A DNA stretch of 64,000 nt from Euprymna scolopes. Its lineage: Eukaryota. Position 1 is the first letter of the stretch, and every line of letters begins with the position of its first letter. A program made the translations under genes and the position numbers. This document shows, one piece after another, positions 43,791 to 55,390 of the stretch. The notes beneath the pieces were generated by a model that was not told the origin of the DNA, searched no databases, and saw nothing but the letters and a program-made list of their open reading frames with translations. Where the stretch lies: NCBI GenBank assembly GCA_053919585.1, contig CM132816.1. One strand, given 5' to 3'.

Positions 43791-44993
43791 CGACTTAAAT
43801 TTAACTAGCAGCTTTTGAACGTGTTCGAAATTTCAGTGAATTATTTCTGTAAATACAGAATGAATATGAAAATATTGGCAGTATTCCTGGGATTACGATA
43901 ATTTATCAGATGCTGGGACAGATTTATTTCTGTAATTTGGCGCACTTTCATCTATAAAGTAGAAGATGCTAATCAGGAAATTTTGTGTTAAATTGATTTT
44001 ATTGGTCTTTTACAATATTTACTGACTTTTATAGTTCGCTAATGCTCACTGTTTCTATCATTTATTTTATTGCATATCGGAAATAAAGTTTGTGTAAGTT
44101 TTAAAGCACTGTGCCTCTTTGATATTTTAAATTCGCCTTACTGCTAAAGTAAGAGAGGGGGGATTCTATTTCTTGATTACTGACGCGCTCTTTTCCGAAA
44201 TAGTGTCCATGAGATCAGTCAGGATATGTTTGGACGAAACTGATTGTAACTGCCCCTTAAACTATGAATTGATTTTTATTGCGCGGATTGTTTCCACTTT
44301 CCTTTTTGTATTTATTCCCAGATTTAGGATCAGTAATAGAGTTTCTGATAGGCATCTACTTTTGATTGATTTTAAACATTACCTTTTTTCCAATACTGGT
44401 TTATGAACTAAATTACTTATTCTTAAAATACTTGCCTTTACATAAGTATATTGCTGCGATCATGCTTCCTCGTAAAAACCTAATACAAACGCTTATAAAT
44501 TTGATACTTACTGAATATTATAACTGATCTTTATAGCTAGGTAAAATATTGGGTAACAATTAGTAAGGGCGTCAGTTTTCTATATTCTTCTGAATATGTT
44601 GTGAGATAAGAAAAGATGCTGATATATACAAGCAGATTTTATGACGACTAAGGAAGAAAGATTATATGAGTAAAATTTTTTTTATATATATATATATATG
44701 TAACAGGGATCGGACGGGCTTGTGGCGGCTATATGCAAATACCGAGCCTGTGCAAAATAACGTCACGGCAAGGAAAAAGAAAGACTATAAAAAAGACAGA
44801 AGAACTTCGATAGGACAGATGTCAGAGAGAAAGAGCACGATCACGTCTTATTTGGGAAAGAACCCAGAAATATATGTCGTTGCCGCAACACGAAAAAGTG
44901 AGTTTAGTTATTGTCTTTTGTTCCTTGTGACGTACTCTGCTACAACGTGTTGGATATCGAGCATTTTCATATTAATGCGAGTGTAAACGTGTA

Positions 44994-44995
<2 letters not shown>

Positions 44996-45046
<51 letters not shown>
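44996..45046. repeat. (TA)n microsatellite
   Basis: Seen directly. Confidence 0.95.
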
Positions 45047-45054
<8 letters not shown>

Positions 45055-45600
45055 CAAATACGCTTTCGAACATTGCCATCACTCGATATAAAAGTGTATC
45101 TAATTTATATCGAGCAATGCCTGTGCATGAGGATTGTTATAGTGATGAAAGACTTTGCACCGAGACAATCCCACTCTCTAAACAACTGCCACATTAATCC
45201 AAAAAGAAGAGCAAGTCTACATCATTGGATGCAGCAGTCATCGCAGGTTTTATATCAGAGTTTTCCTTCTCCTAGGGAGGTTGCCTTAACTACGGCTTAC
45301 AGAGCCCTCTCCACCCACCGTGCCATTTGATCCATGACTGGAACTTAGGTTGTTGGGCACCAGAGCATATTCCACACGCCGGTGGGTCATATATGCTGCA
45401 GCTTACAGGGCCTAAGCTCCTCTGGATGTTTCTGTCAGGGTTACCTCACCCTTAGTTTTTGGTTAAATAACCTTAGCCCACAAGGCAGTGGAGGTCCAGT
45501 TATACGGTGCAGGACGCTCGCCGTTCATCAGAGCCCCGTCTGCGTGGCAGTGGTCACGATGTGTACGTGGGGTTGATCTGTATGGGAGAAGCACAGAAAG
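45047..45600 (-). mobile_element. Probable RTE-clade LINE 5' UTR fragment
   Basis: GC-rich block; minus strand reads GGCAACC..CTAGGAGAAGGAAAACTCTG and GAGGTAACCCTGACAGAAA, motifs I recall from RTE 5' UTRs (unverified). No coding support. Confidence 0.45.
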
Positions 45601-45654
45601 ACGCTAAGACATGTGTGCTTTTAACACACGTCCACACCAGACCTTGACCATATA

Positions 45655-45859
45655 NNNNNNNNNNNNNNNNNNNNNNNNNNNNNNNNNNNNNNNNNNNNNN
45701 NNNNNNNNNNNNNNNNNNNNNNNNNNNNNNNNNNNNNNNNNNNNNNNNNNNNNNNNNNNNNNNNNNNNNNNNNNNNNNNNNNNNNNNNNNNNNNNNNNNN
45801 NNNNNNNNNNNNNNNNNNNNNNNNNNNNNNNNNNNNNNNNNNNNNNNNNNNNNNNNNNN
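45655..45859. other. Assembly gap (others at 49808-49937, 49964-50119, 58364-58517, 59592-59743)
   Basis: Runs of N. Confidence 0.99.
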
Positions 45860-46250
45860 CAGAGCTAAATATGTTTTTATTATTTCAGCTAGTTTAAGAA
45901 AGTAGATAGATAGTCCAATTGATTTACGATAAGATCTTTTATATAAATGAAAGGGATAATGATAACAGATGTATAGTTAGTAAATAATTAGGAAAAGTTA
46001 GGTAGATAATTATCATATTTACTATAATTACTGATAGAAAAAGATATTTATAAATATTATTACTAATGGAAAAAATATATTAAAATATATATTAAAAAAT
46101 ATATAAAAAATGATGTAAAAATAAAAAATATAAAAATATAAAAACATAAAAATAAATCATCATTATATTATAGTAAATTATAACACTCTTATTATTGCTG
46201 GCGGAGTAAAATATAAATAACTATTATTTCATTATGAATCAAAGATAAGT

Positions 46251-46251
46251 A

Positions 46252-46305
<54 letters not shown>

Positions 46306-46306
46306 G
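46251..46306. repeat. (ATT)n microsatellite
   Basis: Seen directly. Confidence 0.95.
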
Positions 46307-46415
46307 ATAGAATCAAGGATAAATAATTATTATTTTATAGTTATTACTAATGGGATAAAAAATTAATAATTATTATCATCATCATTATTAATGAATAAAG
46401 GAAAAAACTTATAAT

Positions 46416-48396
46416 CACAAACCTGCACGTAAGCGGTCCATGGGAAAGTGGTCGCACTTCTTTCTGAATTCAAGGGCAGCAAGAGAGTTCGGCAGCACGT
46501 GTGGGCGACTGGGCAGCCTCTTTTTGGCAGCACTTCCCACCCTCACACGAGGAAGGTAGTTAGAAAAGGTACCCCAGATAAATGCTTGCTCTTCTAGTAT
46601 CTGGTCAGCTTACCGAGGTTGACGGACTCATCCTCATAGCGGTCGAACAACAATGCAAAAGAATGAAATAGAAAAGGATTATCCTTGGGATATAGAATGT
46701 CCGAACTTGACTAGATAAAACTATCACTTAAAGACCTGAAAGAAGAACAACGCTTATTGCAAGAGAGCTCTGGCGTTACTGGGTAGGTATAGCCGCACTC
46801 AGCGAAACCCGGTTAGCGGACGAAGGATCCCTGAGAGAAGAGAGGGTGGCTACACTTTCTTCTGGAAAGGAAAACAGCAAACAGAGAACCGTATGACCCG
46901 TACCATGAGAGGCCCTGAGTGTTGGAATCACCACAGATTGATCAGAGCTGTACTGGCGCTGCACATTGCACCGCCCCACGCAAACCGACCCAAGACTGTC
47001 AGGACCTCATATAATGTCGCCAGCTTGGAGGATCCATCCTAACGGGCACGATTCAAGTAAGTGCTAGATGAGAAGATCTACTATCGTGTAACCACTAAAG
47101 GCAGCACTGGGAAATTGACCTTTTTCAGAGAAACAGTCAATGAGATTGCAAAGGAAGTCCTTGAGGCAAAGATCAGAACTTACGCAGACTGGTTCGATGA
47201 GAATGACGAAAAAATCAAAGAAATAAGACATGTCAAGAACAAGGTTTACATAGAGTGACTGAACCAACTGTCATCAGTTGACTCAAACGCCCTGAATAAG
47301 ATCCCCTAATAGCCCAAACAAGATTCCCTCGCAAAACTCTAAACTATTGAGGAAATCTAGAAAGCAATTCACAAGACATCAGAGCATCAGGAAAAGATGG
47401 CATCCCTGCTGAGATCTACAAGAAAGTAAGACCCAAAGGCCTTGAGGGCTTTCCACGATGTCCTTCTGACTGTCTAAAAGGCGGAGATAATGCTAGACGA
47501 CGTAATGTCCTGATCGTCTCTATAAGAACGAAGGAATTAAGTCGGACTGGGAACTACAGGGGCATTTCCTTCCTCTCAATTGCTAGAAAAATGTTTGCGT
47601 GGGTCATCCTACACAAACTCATCACAGTCTCTGAACAGACCTTTTCTGAGACACAGTGCGGCTTCAGGCCTGGCAGAAGCACCGTAAACAAGGAAGCACT
47701 TTGGGCAGTCCTTGAACATATCGGGTCTTCTCCAAAGTTTTTGTCAATGATCAAGCTTTTCATGATGGCATGACTGTCTGGATCCTCTCCAGTGGCAATG
47801 TGACAGATGCTTCTGAGATCATCAAATGAAGTAGGGCTGCGTACTAGCCCCATTTCTCTTCAGCGTATTTTCACCTGTAAAATGCCTCATGCTGTCCAAG
47901 ATCTGGGGAAAGGAGTCTACATTCATTACCGTTTGGACGGCTCCCTCTTCGATCTGCGTCGATTAACAGCGAGGAGCCTGAAAACTCTCCTCCAAGAGGT
48001 TCTCTTTGCCGACAATTGTGCAATAATGTCCCACACAGAACAAGACATGCAACAGAGGCTGGACTGCTTCTCTGATGCATCCAAGCTCTTTAGCCCGACA
48101 ATACATCTTGGAAGACAAAGGTGCTCCACCAGCCTGCACTATCTTCCACTCCCCCTTACTATCATAATTGACGACACACCACTTGCCAATGTGGAACATT
48201 TGAAATATCTGGGGAGCACCATATCCTGTGATAGCTCCTTTGACAGAGGAATTAACACTAGAATCAGCAAGGCAAGACAAGCACAGGACAGACTCCGCAA
48301 TCGAGTGCTCAACGGACCCAACATTCGGCTATCTACAAAACTGAAGGTCTGCGATGTTAATTTTGAAGAGACTTTATGCCAGAAACTCATTGCTGC

Positions 48397-48463
<67 letters not shown>

Positions 48464-48625
48464 GCTGTAGAGCAGCCTCAGCAATGATCACAACAACTGG
48501 CTTCCGATGTCCTCACTGTTCAAGACTTTGTGCCTCTTAGCTGAAGCTGCAGAGCTACCTCTGTATTTATAGATTAGATGCAAAACGAAAACGTCATCAT
48601 AGGATCCGATGGACAAACAACAATA
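46416..48625 (+). pseudogene. RTE-clade (BovB/AviRTE-like) LINE, near full span with internal deletions, stops and frameshifts
   Basis: APE start LGI*NVRT...RPERRTTLIAREL..IAALSETRLADEGSL..GYTFFWKG (46680-46870); NYRGISFLSIARK and SETQCGFRPGRST; YRLDGSLFDLRRL, LFADNC, KYLGSTIS, RISKA; C-terminal CPHCSRLCAS; 3' hairpin CATC..GGATCCGATGG with A-rich tail. Confidence 0.93.
48400..48462. repeat. (GA)n microsatellite within the RTE ORF
   Basis: Seen directly. Confidence 0.97.
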
Positions 48626-48637
48626 GTTATTAAAAAG

Positions 48638-48641
<4 letters not shown>

Positions 48642-48679
<38 letters not shown>
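48642..48679. repeat. (TA)n microsatellite
   Basis: Seen directly. Confidence 0.95.
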
Positions 48680-48683
<4 letters not shown>

Positions 48684-48772
48684 AAACAGTTAATAAAATA
48701 TGTTAAAAAACACTTTGAAATGAGTTAAAAACATATTTAATCTGAAAAGGAAGCATTAGATAAATGGATAGT

Positions 48773-48819
48773 CCTTAATCCGCGGAGTTTCGAAGAAATA
48801 CTTTCCTTCTCATCAAAGG
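48773..48819 (-). ncRNA. Decayed minimal type I hammerhead ribozyme
   Basis: Minus strand: CCT-tTGATGA-GAAG(gaaagtattt)CTTC-GAAAC-TCCGCGGA-tTA-AGG. Two substitutions in core/stem III; palindromic stem III. Confidence 0.6.
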
Positions 48820-49400
48820 GTAGGAATTAACAAAATGCGAGATCGGATTTTGCATGCAGAAGTATTTGATGAAACAACAAGTAAGTCAAAGATCTTACTT
48901 GAAAACAAAAAAAGTGAAGTAGAGGGAATATGGTGAAGAAAAAGGTGATTACACATGAATGGATATATATGCCAGATAATCACTTAGCTTGATTAAACAT
49001 ACCCCTTTGTGTACCTTAATTGTCATAGATATATTTTATAATACTATTACTAAGTTCGATTCACGTATTGAGCACCGTTGAGGTAAATACCAAAAACCTA
49101 TGCACAATATATTATGTGACCTTATAAGTAACAATATATCTCCCTAGATTTCAAGTATTGAAGATGTTTAATATTTTAATACTGTGTTGTGTTTTGGCTT
49201 GTGTAAAGTACGGAAACTTTTGCGATTGAACGAGACATCATACATTTTGATGCAAACGAGAAATGTTGAAAATTCAATCTGTCGATAATAGATGATAGCT
49301 TTTGTAAAAGGTATTAGAATACGTTAAGAATTTCAATACAAACAGAAAAGAAAAGTGCATATTCTGAGTAATACTGTATCGTATTCAAAATTAATTAAAA
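48820..49400 (-). mobile_element. Possible Penelope-like element remnant upstream of the decayed hammerhead
   Basis: Position 5' of the hammerhead; only weak peptide traces (NIRES...). Confidence 0.3.
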
Positions 49401-49464
49401 ACAAAACAAGAATTTATTTTTTAAGTGAAATTGTGTGCTTCCTCTGCATTAAAATAAACATTAG

Positions 49465-51359
49465 ATTGTTTTATTGATTTTATTGTTTTATTGATTTGAT
49501 TGTTTTATTAATTTTATTGATTTTATTGTTTTATTGATTTTATTGATTTTATTGTTTTATTGATTTTATTGTTTTATTGATTTTATTGATTTTATTGTTT
49601 TATTGATTTTATTGATTTTATTGTTTTATTGATTTTATTGTTTTCATTGTTTTATTGATTTTATTGTTTTATTGTTTTATTGATTTTATTGATTTTATTG
49701 TTTTATTGATTTTATTGTTTTCATTGTTTTATTGATTTTATTGTTTTATTGTTTTATTGATTTTATTGATTTTATTGTTTTATTGATTTTATTGTTTTAT
49801 TGATTTTNNNNNNNNNNNNNNNNNNNNNNNNNNNNNNNNNNNNNNNNNNNNNNNNNNNNNNNNNNNNNNNNNNNNNNNNNNNNNNNNNNNNNNNNNNNNN
49901 NNNNNNNNNNNNNNNNNNNNNNNNNNNNNNNNNNNNNATTGTTTTCATTGTTTTATTGATTTTNNNNNNNNNNNNNNNNNNNNNNNNNNNNNNNNNNNNN
50001 NNNNNNNNNNNNNNNNNNNNNNNNNNNNNNNNNNNNNNNNNNNNNNNNNNNNNNNNNNNNNNNNNNNNNNNNNNNNNNNNNNNNNNNNNNNNNNNNNNNN
50101 NNNNNNNNNNNNNNNNNNNATTGTTTTATTGTTTTATTGATTTTATTGATTTTATTGTTTTATTGATTTTATTGATTTTATTGTTTTATTGATTTTATTG
50201 ATTTTATTGTTTTATTGATTTTATTGTTTTCATTGTTTTATTGATTTTATTGATTTTATTGTTTTATTGATTTTATTGTTTTATTGTTTTATTGATTTTA
50301 TTGTTTTATTGATTTTATTGTTTTATTGTTTTATTGATTTTATTGTTTTATTGATTTTATTGATTTTATTGATTTTATTGTTTTATTGTTTTGTTGATTT
50401 TATTGTTTTATTGATTTTATTGATTTTATTGTTTTATTGATTTTATTGTTTTCATTGTTTTATTGATTTTATTGATTTTATTGATTTTATTGTTTTATTG
50501 TTTTATTGATTTTATTGTTTTCATTGTTTTATTGATTTTATTGATTTTATTGATTTTATTGTTTTATTGTTTTGTTGATTTTATTGTTTTATTGATTTTA
50601 TTGTTTTATTGTTTTATTGATTTTATTGTTTTATTGATTTTATTGATTTTATTGTTTTATTGATTTTATTGTTTTATTGATTTTATTGATTTTATTGTTT
50701 TATTGATTTTATTGATTTTATTGATTTTATTGTTTTATTGATTTTATTGTTTTCATTGTTTTATTGATTTTATTGTTTTATTGATTTTATTGATTTTATT
50801 GTTTTATTGATTTTATTGATTTTATTGATTTTATTGTTTTATTGATTTTATTGTTTTATTGATTTTATTGTTTTCATTGTTTTATTGATTTTATTGTTTT
50901 GTTGATTTTATTGTTTTATTGATTTTATTGATTTTATTGATTTTATTGTTTTATTGATTTTATTGTTTTATTGATTTTATTGTTTTATTGATTTTATTGA
51001 TTTTATTGTTTTATTGATTTTATTGTTTTATTGATTTTATTGATTTTATTGTTTTATTGATTTTATTGTTTTATTGTTTTATTGATTTTATTGTTTTCAT
51101 TGTTTTATTGATTTTATTGTTTTATTGATTTTATTGATTTTATTGTTTTCATTGTTTTATTGATTTTATTGTTTTCATTGTTTTATTGATTTTATTGTTT
51201 TATTGATTTTATTGATTTTATTGTTTTCATTGTTTTATTGATTTTATTGTTTTCATTGTTTTATTGATTTTATTGTTTTATTGATTTTATTGATTTTATT
51301 GTTTTATTGATTTTATTGATTTTATTGTTTTCATTGTTTTATTGATTTTATTGATTTTA
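49465..51359. repeat. 9-bp satellite TTTTATTG(A/T) with TTTCATTGT variant; contains two gaps
   Basis: Seen directly. Confidence 0.97.
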
Positions 51360-52205
51360 GGGACTAAAATTCATTTTATTATTTTCTGAACGATGTAAAA
51401 ATAATTTTTGTTACCGAAACTATTAAAATATAAATTAAAAAGAAAATCAAGCAAAACTGATTATACTGTTTTTTTTTCTTTTTTAGTTACAATATTAACA
51501 TATTTGTTTTGTAGAAAATATTGTTGGTTACAATCTATGTAATTGCGTTTGTCCCTGTTTACTTATGTCTTCACGGCGGCAGAGTTGCATACGAAAGGGG
51601 AGACAAACATTAACAATCGTCTTAATGTAGAAAGATTTATCCTTCACTGACCAATGACAAAAAAAAGATGACGTTTTTAATAAAAACAGATACTACACTT
51701 TAAGTAATGGTTTTTGAAAGCATAAAAATTAAAAAATTAAATAAAGAACAGGAAACGTACAAAACACTAATTAAACAAGCACATTCAGAACAAACGAGAA
51801 ATAATAAAAATGTAATTTTGTTATAAAACATGAACTAAACATTCAATATCTTTTAAATATCTATTAATAGCATTTACCTAAGATTAATTACATTACCACT
51901 GTTATATGTCTACATGTAGTGTGTAATTGTTTCCTTCGTAATGTCTTGTGGTTCTTCTTAAAACCAATCACCGTAAAACCAGCAGAAAAAAAACACGACT
52001 CACTGGAATGCCCGTGTTTTCACAAAGACCACGATTTTGTTTGGTTCCAATCCTCCATTTGATTTTTTTTTTACAATTGTTCCTATTATTATATAAAATG
52101 ATGTCTTTCTCTTTCATTCGTTTCAGTTCCCTGCCAAACTCCATATATTTTCCTATGTTTTCTGCCTTCTTGATCTTTTGGACATTTTCTGTTTTGCAAT
52201 TTCTT

Positions 52206-52639
52206 CAGTGCTTATTTAGAATTACACGTAATAAAAAAATACAGTGTATGTACTCGTGAAGAAACAAAGTTGACATATTTCAAAAATTACGTAAATTGAT
52301 CAAGTATTGTTTTAAATTATAAAAATATAAATATACGATTTATAGCAATTTTAAAACTAAATTGTATACCTCAAAAGGCTGATTTCGATCGCGATAATTC
52401 AAATTGAGTTGTCTCTCTCCAAACACCACGTTTCGCTTAGTCATAAAATTTGATTTTCTTAGTTAAAAAATACTTGATCAATTTACGTGATTTTACAAAT
52501 ATGACATTTTCATTCAGTGACGAGTACATACACCATTAAGATGTTTTGTGTGTGTTTTTTTTCAATAAGTGTAACGCGAAATAAGTGTAACGCGAAATAA
52601 GTGTAACGCGAAATAAGTGTAACGCGAAATAGGCACCTG
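52206..52639. mobile_element. MITE/foldback element with long imperfect terminal inverted repeats (possibly hAT)
   Basis: Left CAGTGCTTATTT..TTACAC..GTGTATGTACTCGT..TACGTAAATTGATCAAGTATT mirrors right AATACTTGATCAATTTACGT..ACGAGTACATACAC..GTGTAA..AAATAGGCACCTG; 8-bp flanks AATTTCTT / TTTTTCTT resemble a TSD. Confidence 0.75.
52564..52631. repeat. 16-bp tandem repeat AATAAGTGTAACGCGA x4 inside the right TIR
   Basis: Seen directly. Confidence 0.93.
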
Positions 52640-52699
52640 TTTTTCTTTTCTGTTGACTATTATAATGTTCACTTTTCTTGTTCGAATGTTTACATGTTT

Positions 52700-53030
52700 T
52701 ATTTTTTCAATATTTGACCCGATTTTTGACTGCATGTTTAACGTGTAGCTGTTTGCGTAGTTGCCAGCAGACTACTTCCTTTCTGTTTATTTTATGTTCT
52801 TGTTGGGCTTGTTTGTAGGGGTCACTTATGACATAGTTTACTATTTCGTCTCCTTGTCCATAGAATCTATAGATACTATTTTGTATGCTCTGATCTTGCT
52901 TGACTTTTATGTCATTCTCTTTGATTGTGTTCATGCAGTAACCTATATCAATTCCGTTTCTCTACTTAAGTGTCCTTTCCGAAATCAGTCTTATAAATCG
53001 TCCATGTAGATCCTTCTCTTTCAATTTTAT
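52700..53030 (-). pseudogene. Decayed R4/Dong-like LINE fragment (CCHC region)
   Basis: IKVKQDQSIQNSIYRFYGQGDEIVNYVISDPYKQAQQEHK...CWQLRK fits the RLE-LINE pattern IKAKID..QNSxCRxCGxxDETxNHIISECxKLAQxEYK...HWELCK. Confidence 0.65.
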
Positions 53031-53154
53031 TTTTATCACCTTCTTTTTCCTATTTGCTATTTTGCTGTATTTTTTCTTTTGATAATGCCTTTATCATCCT
53101 TTCTATATTTTGTGTATTTTCTAATTCTTTCATTACATGGTTATTGCAATCTTT

Positions 53155-53300
53155 AATTATTGATATTACTATTATTATTATTAATATTATTATTATTATT
53201 ATTAGTAGTAGTAGTAGTTGTAGTAGCAGTTATAACAATTTCTGTAGAATCAATAGTAGCAGTAGTAATCGAATCAGTAGTAGTAGTAGTAGTAGTAGTA
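53155..53300. repeat. Compound (ATT)n/(AGT)n microsatellite
   Basis: Seen directly. Confidence 0.9.
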
Positions 53301-53454
53301 AGAAAAGATTGGAGGGAAAAGAGGAAGTAGAGAAGATAGGGCATAAAATATTTACAGTATCATTTTACCTTTTCCTTAATTTTTTCCTCTTTACAATTTA
53401 TAATTTGCTTTCATAATAAAATAGGCGTGTGTATTAATGTGCGTTTGCATGTGT

Positions 53455-53900
53455 GTGTCTGTGTTCTATATATTTGTGTGCGTGTTTGCAGATGTGTTCT
53501 GTCTTCCAGTTGACACATCTGCAAGAACATAAAGTTGCAGGAAACATAGAATATAATCTTTCTAATGCAGATGAAGATTTTTATTTTAAAATAGATTTGA
53601 AGCCGATTAGCAAATGGCACCCATTTATGTCTTGATGCTCTACCATTTTTTCCGAGTTGAATAAGTAAATGTTGACACCATTTCCTGATAAGAAGAGACT
53701 CATCACAATGCTCACTTTTGTGGAATCGAGGCAAAAGAAACCAATAAATCATGTTTTATTTCTTTTATACATCAGATTCCACACATATTGGAGCTTGGGC
53801 GGAAGTCTGCCTTATTGACCATTTTCTGTTGACTGAAAATATGCGGTAACATCAGAAAACAAATAATCTTTTAAGTAGAGCAAATCGTTACATCGTATAT
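53455..53900 (-). repeat. Second (inverted) copy of the 9548-9995 dispersed repeat
   Basis: Long reverse-complement matches to 9548-9995. Confidence 0.9.
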
Positions 53901-54479
53901 TTATAATGCAGTGTAAGAGGGACGATTTCCACTATTGTAGATGTTTCTTTGATAATTCAGTTATTTTATAAAAGCATAAAATATCTTTCGAATACAATTC
54001 ATTAGAGTTCACACGTATAGACTAGTATGAGAGTTTATTTAAGCACAGCATTGTTTAAGTGTGAAATAATGAAAATAGATAAAAGAGAAAAAACGACGTG
54101 CCTAACTCTGGAGCTTTGTTACGTGGTATACTTTTCTCAGGTGATTTATTTCCACCAGACCATTATCACGTAGTAAATTTTATCCACCGCTTTTTTATGC
54201 TAATCTTTATCTCTTCCAATTCTAAAACGCTTTCTATCACCTTCCATTAAACCTGTTTTTTTATGAATGGCAAAGGACGCCGCTCAGACACCTGTAGTCG
54301 ATACGTGTAAATAATCTCGTTCAAGCGTGTACATTTTCTTTTTTTTTTTTCGAACATCGAGATTCTACACATTCCTTTGTTTCTACTCTTATTCATCTCA
54401 AACAAGGCATATTGCCACTTAGCTAAAAGGGACTACTATTGGGATTATATTTACTGGTACACTAGGCAGGAAGTTGGGC

Positions 54480-55390
54480 AGCGAGATATCTGTTCACGTA
54501 TTATTTAAGCTTGTGCATGTCAGGAAAGTCAGAGAAGCAGGAGACTCGAAGGCAATTTAAAAGTCTAGTAGTTCGAGAGAATAAACTGTTAGAGTAAAAG
54601 GTTTTCCGACAACTCGGAACCGCTACAGCATATGGGCGAGCTTTTGCTATTCGTCGAAAATATTTACGTCTAGGAAGCACAAATTCTACAACGTCATCAA
54701 AACACATTACACTAAAATGTGAAGTCGCCAAAGTCTTGTAAAATTGCGACAATGGGAGAGAGATTAGAGCTTGATTGATAGTGTGGCATTTATTACGATT
54801 AATGAACCCTTATTGAACCCTGTCGAAAAGGAAAGGACTAGTGGTAGATGCATCAGCTCAGTTGTAGCAATGAATCGGCGAATAGTGGCGTTATGGAAAT
54901 TTGGAGGAGTTTGAATAGAGAGATCACAGATAGCGTATTATTAGTCGTGGTAATCGTTGGTTTATAATTTTTCTTGTAATTGTTAAATGAAAGAAGCTTA
55001 GTAGCAACATCAAGTATTACCATCCATTTATGACATCATTCCACTATAGACTTGAGAACATTCATAAGGTTTTAGCCATTGCACATTCGTGCAATACGTG
55101 CACGTTCGTTTTCTCCTCATATCTGTTATAGAGTGTGATATCATCGCAAATATACTCATCTCGGTGAAAATTTTATCTGGAAGTTAATTTATGAATATCG
55201 GGGAATTATAAACACTCGAATTTAGATCATGCCGTTTGGATGTACGGGCTTCGAGAATAACCTGAATTTTCTCTTGCCATTAATGGATCTGATTATATTG
55301 ATATTCGTCCAGTAGTATCGTAGGTGAAGGCGGACTCTTGTCTGGCGAAGATACCATAAGTCAAGACTGTTTCCACGATTCTGGCTCATC
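54480..55390 (-). pseudogene. CR1/Jockey-group LINE 3' fragment
   Basis: IFIN*LPDKIFTEMSIFA-DDITL (RT catalytic region, ~55140-55200), FDRVQ, and C-terminal PYAVAVPSCRKTFYSNSLFSRTTRLLNCL. Confidence 0.8.

Noticed and set aside
43804-43832. ACTAG plus palindrome at the right edge of the 22-bp satellite
   Set aside because: Could be a minus-strand Helitron end, but it points away from the array and no 5' end was found.
49800-50663. Leu/Ile-rich ORFs
   Set aside because: Translations of the 9-bp satellite and N gaps.
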